Source: Rhina ancylostomus (Eukaryota). Taken from it: a stretch of DNA of 61,570 nucleotides. The notes below the pieces were generated by a model that worked only from the letters and a program-made list of their open reading frames with translations, had not been told where the DNA came from and searched no databases. This document shows, piece after piece, positions 24,747 through 37,235 of this stretch. The translations under genes and the position numbers were made by a program. The stretch's first letter is position 1, and each line of letters begins with the position of its first letter. The stretch covers positions 18,108,140-18,169,709 of the forward strand of contig JARFYF010000112.1 in the NCBI GenBank assembly GCA_030265395.1, given 5' to 3'.

Positions 24747-26704
24747 GTAAGGATCACAGGGTTAATTAAATATCTTGGTTCTCTAACTCTCATTCCTGGC
24801 CTCAGTAAGTTTATGACTATATTACACAAAAATTAGATCTTAGGCAAATCTGGGCATTCCATACTGAACAAAATTGAAGTCTGAGACAGTTCATTTCTCC
24901 TGAAATGAGAAGTACTAAAAGTTTAAATACTCTTCCACACCATTTTTATATTTGCATAAGAGCTTATAACGAGAGTTTTCCTGAGCTCGTGGGCCTTTAA
25001 AAAGTTAAAATATCTACTGGTTTTGCATTGCACTTTTACCACTGAATGCTTTTGTTTTATTTTGTTGCAATTTCATTATTTATATTTCACTAGTTTATCC
25101 CTTGGTGAGTTAATTGGAAACAAAAGCCAAACAGTTGAATTATCCAGAATTCTTTTAAGAATTGCTTGATTATAGTTCTGTAAAACTGATATTTATGAAG
25201 AAGCTGAGGTTTTCGTTTTGTTCTGATGTTCAATCCATGTGACACTGAGGATTTTTTTTCCCTTTGCAGACTCTGACTCTGAAGTCAGTATCAAGTTTTT
25301 TTTTGTTGATGGGTCAGTTTATATTAAGTGGTTTTGCACCATGTTGTGGGGCTGATCATCAGTTTCATTAGGCCTATTGCCCTGTGGGGAAGCTCCACTG
25401 TTTACATTCTTATGGTCACAGTGACCCTTAAAATCAGTTGCCTTTTTTTAAGCCACCTTTATGGGGTAATTGTTGAGGGGATGGGGAGGGGAGTTGGGAT
25501 CAATGTCAATTGAGATGACGAGCATAGCTTCCTCAGTAAATTCTTGACCCTATGTGTATTAACCACATTTGACATTGTGGAATATATACCTAAGCAACTT
25601 ATTAGAACAGTGTAATAATTTGCTCACTAGTTTACTTAGTCTGACATTATATTATCAGATCACTTGCAATATGTCATATTCCTTGAAACAAATCCATTGC
25701 TCATTTTATGCTGTTTATGCAATTTAAAAAAAGATTCTTTTGGTTCTGATATAGAATCAGATGCCGCTGCTGCTGAAATATTCAGATGAAGGATCTTGGC
25801 ATGTTTACTATGCACTTTTTGTTACTAGTTGGTTCTAGTACTGAGGATTACTGCTCTCATGATGAGGAATATTCTGTTAAAATGGGGTTTTTGAAAACTA
25901 TTCCTATTTGAGTCAATTGCAGTATCTCTCAAACAGCTTCTCTATACTTTTAATTTAAATTATCTGAAGTCAACCACTTATTAGAAGGTACTTGAAGGGA
26001 TACTGCAGCATGAATGAATTGTACATTTTGCTTCCCCGTTTTTGTAGTCTGGACTTATTGATGTATGAACTCTAGAATTTGTTTCCAGGTTTGAGCCTTT
26101 ATTACAGTTTGATACTTTGTAATCTATATACTTAAAATATTCATTGAGAATTTCTAAACATTGTATCATGTAACTTCAGTATATTAATGTACTATGACTG
26201 CAAATGTTCTGCCAATCCGAAAAACATACCATTTACAGTTAATTAAAATTTCACTGTGTGCCGAATGAACAGCAAGGCTTGTAATAGATAATGTAACATG
26301 TATCTGTAGGTCAATACAGACAGCTTACAATGACATTGGAAGTCTGCAATAATAACTGTGCCCAGGAGATCTGTGAGAACCAAAGAAAACTTGCAGCCAA
26401 TTTGGCATTCCTCCTCACTTTTTTTTAAAAAACTTGCAAGTACTAGTAGAATTTACACACATCCTTCTATGAATAGTTGAAGTGGGACCTTTTTACTTGA
26501 GATTAACAAATTCTCTAGCAGAATAGCTCTATGATCCTGTAAATGTTCCTTGGAGCTGATTTGTACTGTCTAGTATGGCAAAATTAAATCCTAGTAATTT
26601 GCTCAATAACAACTGTATTTAATTCCTGGAATAATCTCTCCAATAAGACCCATGGATGACTTATCTGGGGATAGATTTTCTTCAAAGGAACAGCAACATC
26701 TGCA

Positions 26705-26990
26705 GTAAATTGGTTTACTGTTTTCACATGTACTGAGATGCAGTGAAAACTGTTTTGCATGCAGTCCATACAGATCACTTCATATCAGTGCATTGTGATA
26801 GTAAAAGGGGAAAGCAGTAACAGAATGCAGACTATTGTGTTAGTTAGAGAGAGTGCAGTGCATGCAGACAATAGGTGCAAGGCCATGACAAGGTAGATTG
26901 AGGTCAAGAGTCCATTTTATCGTACAAAAGATCCATTCAATAGTCTTAACAGTGGGGATAGAAGCTGTCCCTGAGCTGGTGGTACAAACT
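26705..26990 (-). mobile_element. Rex1-type LINE 3' tail
   Basis: Clear similarity to 330-545 ('ttggtttactgttttcacatgtactgagatgcagtgaaaac...ggtgcaaggccatgacaaggtaga'). Confidence 0.65.
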
Positions 26991-28129
26991 TTCTATTGAT
27001 CAGTCCCTTGTGATAGCTTTGCAATTGTAAAACCAATTTGGTTTTCCTGCAGGGAATTTTGGGCAGCTGAGTCAAAGGACTTATTGACATGTTATCTAAT
27101 CCTTTATTGTGAAAGTTGCAAATAATCTGCTACTACTATATTCAATAAAGCTCATTTGAGGTTATCACAACCCTCTATGCATGAAAATGAATCTTGTCTC
27201 ATCTGTTATCTTAACCTGCTTTCTGGTTGGGGTTACTGATTCTCCTAGTGGAGACATTTTCTATTAATCACTTGTACTGCAAGGGAATAAGCCATTTTCA
27301 TCAGCATGCCCAAAGTTTTTCATTCTTAGTTTCATTCTAGTAAATCCCCTCTGCACTGTTCTTCAAAGTTTTGTCAGCCTAGATGTAATGCATAGTAAAC
27401 CAACAGGTGACTGGAGAAAAGTCGAGGGCCATGAGAATTATCAGAATGTAGAGCACCTTTTCTGAAGAGGTGGTGGAAGCAGTTTTCATACAAAAGCTTA
27501 CAGAATAGTTGAAGGTGAGGAGGGGTTGTATGCAAACAAGGATGCACAACTGGTCTTTCAAAGATCCATCACAGGTGTGAAGGGCTGAATGGTCACACTT
27601 AAATGGTGGAAATTTGTAGTGATGGGATCCAAAATGTGGACTTTGCGTTTGTACTATTTCTTCTATTTAAAAGATTTGCTTGCTTTATCTTAACACAAAC
27701 TATCCCACTACTTTTCATGCACTTACCTGTACTGGCCATGGTTTATCATTCCTTACTACCCAGCAACCTTTTGGTATCATATCTATAATCTATGGCAGAT
27801 TAGAAGATTGTGGACCTACTGTTGTAAGAACACCTTTTCCATCTGCAAATCAGATGCATTCTATTTGGACCGAGTAACTTGGGTTTAAGAGCAATTACAA
27901 AAGTAAATGAAACCAAAGGCAGATTTTCCTCTTTGGTTCAATGGGCAGGTTTCTATCACAGTCTGAATTTGCTTTCCAGTCAAGACATCTGACATTTTGA
28001 AATGACTTATCAAATTTGGTAGAAAGGATTTTTTTAAAAAACAGATTTCTAAGTGGTGAGATTAATGTATACTGGTCTTCGGAGTTCTGGGTGTCCATGT
28101 ACACAGTTAGCTTGCTGATGCATTACTTT

Positions 28130-28975
28130 TTTTCATTGCAAGGGAGATTGAGTGTCAAAGTAGGGAATCCTTGCTACATTGGTTCTGGTCACTCTGATTC
28201 TGGAGTACAGTTTGGTCTCCTTGCCCAAAGAAGAATATTCATGGTGGTAGTGCTGAGAAGGTTCACAAAATTGATTACTAGGGTGAAGTGGTTATCTTGG
28301 ACGAAAGAGCAATATAAGTGGTGCATTCAGTAAAACCACTTCCTCTCAATGCAAGAGAACCGGGTTCAATCCTGACTGTGGAGATTGCACATTCTCCCTG
28401 TGACAGTTATGGGTTCCCTCCATGTTCCAAAGACATGGGTTGGTTAGTTCATTGACCACTGTAAATTGCTCCTGGTATGTAGATGAGTGGTGGAATCTGG
28501 GGGAGTTTGTAGAGAGAATAAAAAACAAAAATGGGATTGGTGTAAATGAATGGTCAGTACAGACTTAGTACACCAAAGGGCCTGCTTCTGTGCTGTATAT
28601 CTGTCTGACTCTAAAGAGTAGATTAGGCCTAAACTTGGTGAGCTATCACTGGAACATGATTCTTGACAATTGCTATGAGAATACTTCCCCTGGTGGGAGA
28701 ATTTAAAATGACTGAGGTTGAGGTGGGAGGCAGGGAAGAGGGGAAGATTAGTGTCTAAATAATTGTGTATATTTAAGGCAGAGAATTTTCACGTTGGGTT
28801 TGTGAGGTAAAAGTTAATTGAGCATCCATCACTGTCTGGCTGTGTATGTGTGGTCATTAAATACATTCATACTTATGTTTTGGACTGTACAATATCAGCA
28901 GTGTTAATATGGGAGCTAAAATTAGACCAGCTACACTCTCTCTCTGAATGGCAAATTGGGCTGAATGGCCTAATT
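28130..28975 (+). mobile_element. Decayed CR1 fragment with a tRNA-derived SINE (~28310-28615) inserted
   Basis: CR1-like LRRFTKLITRVKWLS; SINE B-box 'gggttcaatcc', core 'cacattctccctgtgac' and tail 'aagggcctgcttctgtgctgtat'. Confidence 0.55.
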
Positions 28976-31423
28976 TTTCTTTTTTGTTACTTGTCCTGAA
29001 TTGTCTTTTATAAATGAGTGCTGGCTCCAATTAAATTACTTGTCACTTTCACCACTTTGCTAACTGGGGCTGATGAGAAAGCGCTTTTCTTCACCGAGTT
29101 AACAACCTGGGATGCAAGTCATCTGGACTAAGTGACATCCCCTTGAAGCATAGCCAGTCTGTGTAGTGCATTCTGCCTTTCAATTTTCAACCTATCTACA
29201 GTCTCTACTACCAATCAGCATCCTCTTAATTAGTAAACATTGACACAGTATTTCATTNNNNNNNNNNNNNNNNNNNNNNNNNNNNNNNNNNNNNNNNNNN
29301 NNNNNNNNNNNNNNNNNNNNNNNNNNNNNNNNNNNNNNNNNNNNNNNNNNNNNNNNNTCTAGTCTTGCCCTACTTAATTGTCCCTAATAAGTACCTCACT
29401 GCCTCTTGCTACCCATTTTCAATTTACGTGCTGGTCCAAGATATGTGGGTTTGATTTTAACTTCCATTTTGTGCATATTTCTTTCTTTGCATTTTCCTCA
29501 CAGCATTTTGTATTTAGACTGACTCTTGAATTCTACACCAATATTTTGATGATTCTTCTCTTCTCTTGTAATACAAGGCCTGACACTGGTTCTTTTAACT
29601 TGTGGAAATATGCCCAGCCTCTACCTGAAAGATTGCCACCTCTATCTCCCACAGTTCTGTTGCATTTTCCCTGTTGGGCTTTGGTTCCAATTTACCCTGG
29701 CTAGATTCTCTTCTGTCCATTGAAGTTGGTAATCTTCTAATTTAAGTTCTACTTTAAATTGCATTAAAAGGTTTAGATTACTGATGAATGATAAGGTGTA
29801 ATGACAACTCTTGTCCAAGTGTTCTCCCACTGATATTTGATCCATCTGGCTTGCCTCATTCCTCAGCACCAGACAGTTGCATCAATTTCCAAACAATTCC
29901 AAAATCCTGAGTGAGTTAATGGATATTTGGGGAAGTACTTTTGTATAAGGAGTAAGGCAGAAACCAATAATTCTTTAATGGATAATAAGCATTGAAGCAG
30001 AGGCATATCAATGGCTGTCTTGAGAGCACATGGAGGGGCTTGGAGGGTTATGGGTTGAACATGGGCAACTGGGACTAGCAGGGAGGGTGCTGTGGTTAGC
30101 ATGAGCCAGTTGGGCCAACGAGCCTGTTTCTGTCCTGTATCACTGACTCTATGACACAAGTGGAATTGGTTTTGTTACTATATGGATTTGAATAACTTTT
30201 TAGTTATATGGAGTGAGCTGCAGGAAATGTAAAGGGAATGTTCAAAGTCTTCNNNNNNNNNNNNNNNNNNNNNNNNNNNNNNNNNNNNNNNNNNNNNNNN
30301 NNNNNNNNNNNNNNNNNNNNNNNNNNNNNNNNNNNNNNNNNNNNNNNNNNNNNNNNNNNNNNNNNNNNNNNNNNNNNNNNNNNNNNNNNNNNNNNNNNNN
30401 NNNNNNNNNNNNNNNNNNNNNNNNNNNNNNNNNNNNNNNNNNNNNNNNNNNNNNNNNNNNNNNNNNNNNNNNNNNNNNNNNNNNNNNNNNNNNNNNNNNN
30501 NNNNNNNNNNNNNNNNNNNNNNNNNNNNNNNNNNNNNNNNNNNNNNNNNNNNNNNNNNNNNNNNNNNNNNNNNNNNNNNNNNNNNNNNNNNNNNNNNNNN
30601 NNNNNNNNNNNNNNNNNNNNNNNNNNNNNNNNNNNNNNNNNNNNNNNNNNNNNNNNNNNNNNNNNNNNNNNNNNNNNNNNNNNNNNNNNNNNNNNNNNNN
30701 NNNNNNNNNNNNNNNNNNNNNNNNNNNNNNNTTAAAAAGCTTCAACTTTTCTAATCCTTGGCCATGTGGCTCCAATTACCTATTCAAGTTCTGAAGAGCA
30801 ACCTTTATAGAAAAGTGCTTCCACCTGTATTCTCAAGTCTATTTTAAAAAAAACTTTTAATTGTCTATAGGTCAAATTTTATATAGTCTGCAGTCCTTTT
30901 GTCAGAAGATCTTTTTCTAAATCTAATTTTAAAATGAATTTCCATGTATTGAGGTTTTTGGAGGAGGTGCAAAAAGGGGAGGTGATTTCTTGTATTTTCC
31001 AAAGGTGTGATGCTTGTGGTATCTATCTTTTTTGGAAGATCTTAAAACAAAATAGTGTGCATCTGCTCAGGTTTTTAAAGAATAGTTTTTGGTGAGATTC
31101 TACTTTTCTAAATTATTGTAAATTGTACCCAAAATGCACAGGGTAGGGAAAACTGTCTTTAAATTTAAAAAAATGCTTAAGATATAATTAAATGAACCCT
31201 TGAAATAGTGTTTCCTTTCCTTTTTTTTTCAAAAAAAAGGAAGGATCCAATGCAGGAAAGGCAGTTGAGTGACCACTCCATTTTTAAAAAAAGCGAGTAA
31301 TATAAGGAAAGTGTCTGAAATCCTGCAACAGAACTAGGTGTTTGAGGGTCTCTGAACAGTGACTTGTTGTTCACTACCTTTGTACATTTCTTCTAAATTT
31401 AGTTCTGTTTATTTTTTAAACAG

Positions 31424-31578
31424 GCCCTGGAATCCAAGCTTGCGTCCTGTAGGAATTTTGTCTGGGATCAGTCTCCAAACCGTGGAACTCTTCCATCTGC
31501 TCAGAATGGAAACCACACTATCAAAGACAACAATGATAACCGGATGTCGAATGCTAATCTACAGCAATATGACAAAGG
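31424..31578 (+). CDS. NDE1: NDE1 coding exon 7
   Basis: ALESKLASCRNFVWDQSPNRGTLPSAQNGNHTIKDNNDNRMSNANLQQYDK(G); AAACAG acceptor, GG|GTCAGT donor. DQSPNR is NDE1-like rather than NDEL1-like. Confidence 0.95.
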
Positions 31579-31739
31579 GTCAGTGAAACCTATTTTGAGA
31601 TGAATTCATTGTGATTGCTTGCACACAGCTTAAGCAACTTTTAAAAAAAAAAGTAAATGTTACTATTACATAGGGTTTCTTCAAACTCTGTCTAACTCAA
31701 CTTTTGGTGGGAGATGGGGGAAGAGGATGTTTGTATTTT

Positions 31740-31985
31740 CAGCCATGGCTCAGCAGTTCTTGTCTGAGTCGGTGTTGTGGGTTCAAGTACTATAGCAGAG
31801 ATTTGATCCAAAGCAATGCTGAATGAGAGCTGGAAGGTTAGCAGTGGAATATTTCAGATGAGATCTTAACATGAGCCCTGCCTTTTGTTTTAAATGTTTA
31901 ATGAATGCAGGATTCATTGTGGAAGAGCCAGGATATCATCTGTGGTGTCCAGGCTATGGTTTCTCCTGGTCAGCTTAATCTAACT
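31740..31985 (+). mobile_element. Old Deu-domain SINE (SacSINE1/AmnSINE1-like) in the last NDE1 intron
   Basis: tRNA-like head 'gccatggctcag...gtgggttcaag' followed by 'tttcagatgagatcttaacatgagccctgcc...gaagagccagga...ggtgtccaggc', resembling the Deu core as I recall it. Confidence 0.5.
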
Positions 31986-32501
31986 TGATGGGAATATGGA
32001 AGTCAGCTTGTTCATCACGTTAGTGGATGTAAAGGAACTGGCGATATCTGCAGACACAGACTTCACTAAATTCACCTTGACATGGCACATCACCTTTTGC
32101 CTATCAGCTGAGAGAGGAAACTCTGTCCAAGTAGAGAAAGTTCAGTGTGACGGCTCAGCCCATTTGCTTATAACCTCATCTTTTTTTGTTTTTGGTCTGA
32201 ATGTAAAAGAACAATGTTTTTCACTGACCAGAAATAATCTTACATCCAGTAATATTCATCTCTCATTGACAATATAATTGTCTTTTCTTCTGGTAATTAC
32301 ATAATATAACAATCATGTGAATAAACAATAGTTACCAACTATGACCCAGACACATAGTGGAAATTCCCTGTGGTGAATAGCTTGTGGAAAGAAGTCCAAA
32401 GCACTGTTCTTTTGAGCATAACTACTTTACAGATATCTTTTGCTGAAATGGTTCATTCTATTTCCTAAAACTAATTTGTTTTTTTTTTGTTATATTTTCA
32501 G

Positions 32502-32595
32502 GTTGGCAAAAAGACTAGAGTTTGGAACAATTGCCTCAAAAGTCTGCATGCAGGCCACTGTGTCACCACAGGGTGTTGTCAAAATCTTGCTCTGA
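32502..32595 (+). CDS. NDE1: NDE1 last coding exon (KMLL-type C-terminus)
   Basis: (G)LAKRLEFGTIASKVCMQATVSPQGVVKILL*; strong acceptor, TGA at 32593-32595. Matches the mammalian KRLEFG...QGVVKMLL isoform. Confidence 0.95.
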
Positions 32596-35350
32596 GCATG
32601 GTAACTTTAAAATTTAACATGTTTTTAAATTAATATTTTTGTAACCAAGCTCTTATTGCTTTCAGTGGGGAAGTTAGTAAAGGAAAAGTTTTTAATTTTT
32701 TTTCTGCTGGTGCAAATTGATGTTTAGTTTTTGAAAGCTAAAAGTAGATTTTTCTTTCATATTGAAGGTGTATGGCCCACATGACTATTTTTAGAAGCCC
32801 TGTTCTACCTTAGGTGTGGGGGAAAAAGGGCTCATTTAAAAAGGGGAAGTATAAACAAATTGGAAAATGCCTGTTAAACATTTAGCTTTGGAGCTACATT
32901 CTGATTTTAAAATGCTTCAATTAGTATAGTCACATAAGGGACCTGGCTAATTGGAGAAATACCACTAAGGGCAGTTTTCCTTTTCTGTTGATGTCTTTGT
33001 ATGTTTAGTTCCTTAGGAACTGGTAGCTTGAACCTTGGCATTTAAATTATTAGGTGCTAAATTGTTTCATTGTTTAGTACTTAATTGAATAACTTCTGGC
33101 TTATTTGAAGATGCTGGCTCAAGTCATTAGCTCTACACAAACTTGTGCTGTTGAGGATTGTGATGTTTATTATTATTTTCTCCCAAGCCTAGATGTGTAG
33201 CACTTGAGGGTGCTAATTTACCTTAATTATTTCAAGAAAATTGTATTCAGTGATGTGCCAGTGTACAATGTACCCGTTCTGTATATTCTCTAGGTCCTGT
33301 TCAGCTAAGGGTAAAATCTACTACAATTTGTTTATAATTGTGTAATTCCCATGTAACTTTCATTTATCAATTTATGTGCTGTAAAATCTTTTGTCAACCT
33401 GAGGATCTTGTGCATGCTTGTGTTAGCAAAGCAGTCAACCTGTCTGTTCTCGCCCATTGTAAATATTTAATCTGTTGCCTGTATATCTAAGATAACATCT
33501 TATAAACTCTTAAAGTAATCCAAATTTGTTCTAATACTTTAAATGGAAACCTGTTCAAAAACTGTCTGCTGCTTGATGCTGAGCTAGTCCAAGATGTGTA
33601 CAAGTTTAAAATGCAGCAGTGAGGTTCATTTATTGTATACTGAACAAGTGCTTTTTTTCCTCACTCGGACAACACAGGAATAGGAAGGATATGGATTATC
33701 AGGTTTGGTTCAATGAGTTCTAATTTAATAGCAAATACTAGAAGTTGTTACTGGTATTACATGCCAGTACAATGCTGCTGGTGCAGAGTCCTTTGATGCA
33801 GCCATTGCTGTTTGTAAATGGATAATTGATTCAAACATTGAAGTGATGCAAACTGCTTTAGTTGAATTTTGCACCATTCCCAAGGGAATACTGTTTGATT
33901 TTTTTTAAATTGGTGCATTGGAAAGTGTACCAAGAAAATTGGCTCGTTAGTTGGATTAGGTCAGGAAGGGGGAGCTAACAGTTTGAATATCAATTATTTT
34001 ATCAGATGTGAAATAGCAGTGAAGTTCTTGGTAATGAAGTGCTAAGTAGATGAATAAGAACATAGAATGGATAGTGCCTTAATGATCAGTGCCTTTTTTG
34101 ATTTTTATGGAAGAATTAGTTGAGGTCCTGTGATTTGGTTTGGTTGTTGAGTTGTATGCCACTGAAAAGGTAATAAATTCTAAGGATTTAACCTTGAATA
34201 ATCTACTAATAATTGATGGAGAAAATTTCTGATTTATTTTAGTGTAAAACCTATATCAAAGCTTTGATAGCAGCATTAGGAAGCAAGCTCTGAGGCTGTG
34301 TAATTTTAACAATTTGGTCCTTAATAGGGAGGTCTGGGTTGACTTCTAAGTTAAGGTCATTGCCTTGCAAAAAGGGGTTTTTTGTCTGGCTTTAAAAAAA
34401 CCTGAGTAACCAAAGCTTATAGGCACATGCAGGGTGAGCAGAGCCTTTGCTATAATTCCAAAGCTCAGTTGAAATAGAAGGAAACCTATTCAGGATCCTC
34501 CCCAAAGGCAGGAAAGTGCTAGTAAGAGGCAAATCATTATCATGAGCCAAAACTGGTATTTGTATTTTTGCCTGACACAAACTGGCTTGCCTGGAGCCAC
34601 CATGTCTTTGCAAAGACACAGATGTCTATTGTAGGGATTTCCGAGGGAGGACTATGCCTCTGAACAAATGACTAGATTGATAGCACCTGCAAACTTTGTC
34701 TGCTCAATGCACCAATGTTTTGTTTCTGTATCTACATAAAGTTTTGGATCTATGATTGTTCTTGCACTCATTTAATAGATGGTCTTTATCTTGGAGAGAG
34801 AAACATTTCCAGACTTTTGCACCTAGTGTCTGTATTTATTTCTGCACTGCCACTTGGTGCCTTAATTACCATCTGCAGCAACCACCTACTGTGATATGAA
34901 TCTATTTTCCATATCAGGCCTGTGTGAGACCAAATTTACTGTTGAATTAGGGTGATGCCCCTTTGACCATTTTGAACAAAATATGACCAACATCCTGTAG
35001 ATCAGATATTTGGTGTAATATTGGCAATGACTATTATTGTGGTAGTACATTATTTTGTTTTCCAACTTGGACAGATGATAGTTATGGGGTACTACTGCAT
35101 TAGGAGGGAAATACCAATGTTTTCATCTCTGAAAATTCTGATTTGCCTGTCTCCACCCCTTAGTGCAATATTTCATAAATTGCAAAATCACTTGAGGATT
35201 AATGTGTACAGTATACTGTTGCAGATTTGAGTTGCCATGTCTATTTTTTACAAAATGTTGCCATATTCAATTTGTAATCCTGCAATGTATGTAAATTAAC
35301 TGCATTTCTTAACCAGTCAACTGAAATAAAGTTGCTATCATTCCCCATCA
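32596..35350 (+). other. NDE1: Probable NDE1 3'UTR, with poly(A) signals AATAAA at 34172-34177 (proximal) and 35325-35330 (distal)
   Basis: About 2.7 kb of U-rich sequence with no recognisable repeats. The distal AATAAA is followed by a U/GU-rich tract, then repeats resume at ~35400. Confidence 0.6.
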
Positions 35351-35398
35351 TTGCTTGAATTCTTGTGCATTCTTTCAAATGTTTTAAATATTTTTCAG

Positions 35399-35675
35399 TA
35401 AGATAAGATATCGTTATTAGTCACATGTACATCAAAACAGTGAAATGCACCTTTTGTGTAGTGTTCTGGAGGCAGTCTGCAAGTATTGCCATGCTTTCAG
35501 TGCCAACGTAGCATGCCACAACTTCCTAACCTGTACATCTTTGGAATATGGGAGCACCCGGAGGAAACCCACACAGACACGGGAGAACATACAAACTCCT
35601 CACAGACAGTGGCTGGAATTGAACCCTGGTCAGTGATGCTGTAAAGCATTATGCTAACTGCTACACTACAGTGTC
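35399..35675 (-). mobile_element. tRNA-derived V-SINE-like element with a Rex1-like tail
   Basis: On the - strand: A-box 'tagtgtagcagttag', B-box 'ggttcaattcc', core 'gttctcccgtgtctgtgtgggtttcctccgggtgctcc', ending in ATCTT repeats. Confidence 0.8.
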
Positions 35676-36779
35676 TATAGTTAAAGCTTCAATGTCCCTG
35701 TCCTGGCACACATTGTGCCCCTGTGGATAAATGCAGTAAGCTTACAAAGTTTTAAGATCCCATCTTCAATTTTTGGTCTCAGAAGAACTAGCAACCCATA
35801 TGATTGGCCCTAATAAGCCAAATGATAGGAGTTTGGGATCCAGCTCCTGATCTTTTCTGTGGCTTTTCTTGAAACATGGATTGGACCACACTAATCCTTC
35901 CTGCTGTGAAATCTGTCTGGATACCAGCTAAAGAATGGGTCCATGACTAAGAAACTTTTTAAGGAGAATGTTGGCAAGACCTCATTTCTTTATCCATTTG
36001 GAGTCTCTTACCTGACCACAAATATCCACAGATCTCCAACTATTTACTCCAATTATAATTCTATCTTTACACTATTGTTGTGCTTTAGATTGGTCTGCTG
36101 TTTTGAGCTGTTGTTCCCTGAATTTTTTAAAATATATAATGTTGTATCTTAAATGAGCCAAACATTCTAACAAATTTCAGAAGTGCACTTATTTCAGAAA
36201 TGAAATTTTAAGAATCAGAGTTGAAGCAGTATATATGGGTGGACCAGGACTGTTCACAGATTCTGATTTCTACATCTTTTGAATAATGTTTTGCCCTTGC
36301 TGCTCAGTCTTTGGAGGTGGCCACGAGTCACAAACCAATGATTGTTCTGTTTTTAAAAACTGTTACTCATTTTGTGTTCTCTAGAACAAGTACATTCATC
36401 TTCACCCAGAAGTGCCAAACAGTTTGACAGAATACAAAATGTATTCCGTCAAATCTTAAATCTCCAACACAGAAGCCTGCCTCCAGTCAATTTGATTCAT
36501 TCTGTGGTAATGGGAAATGGCTGAGATCACAGGTTATGAGACCAGACAGTGTACAGCTGTAGGACTGAAGATCTATGCTCTGGAACTTGCTGCACCTTTT
36601 AGTCAAGCTGTTCCAGTACACTGACATCTACCTGATAACAGAAAATAGCTCAGGTATGTCTGTTAACAAACAGCAGGATATGTCCAATCTGGCTAATTAC
36701 CACGTGAACAGAACACATTAGTAAAATGTTAACTATCAAGTTTAGCTGCTATCAAATGGCACCAAAACCTGCTTGTCAT

Positions 36780-37235
36780 TGTCCAGTTTGACCACATGAC
36801 TCCAGATCACATTATGGTTTGGTCCAAAGGTGAGAATGACTGGCCCTTGACTGAGTATGGTATCAGAGCTCTGGTAAAGTAAATTGGGAAAGCAGTGTAG
36901 TGGTTATGTCTCTCTCAAAAATAGTGTCTTTTTTGGAGGTCAATCCTTTCTGCCCATTTGCTGCAGTCTATGCCATCTGCAAAGTGCAGTTGTTCACTCA
37001 GCAGCTCTGAACCTGTGACCTTTACCACCATGGAGGACAGGGGTAGTGGATATATGGGAACACTTATCTGTTGGTTCCCTCCAATTTACACATCCTTCTT
37101 ATTTGGAAGTGCATCACTGTTCCTTCCTTGTTGCTGAGTCCAAATCCTGGAACTTCCTAACCAATGGCATCCGACAATTCAAGGTGTCTCATTGTCACCA
37201 CCACCATCTTGGATGGGCAATGCCTGGATCCTGGG
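36780..37235 (+). mobile_element. Decayed L2/CR1-clade LINE fragments (same family as 11030-12230)
   Basis: HHCSFLVAESKSWNFL here versus HCHFFTVTGSKSWNSL at 11183(-). Confidence 0.5.
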
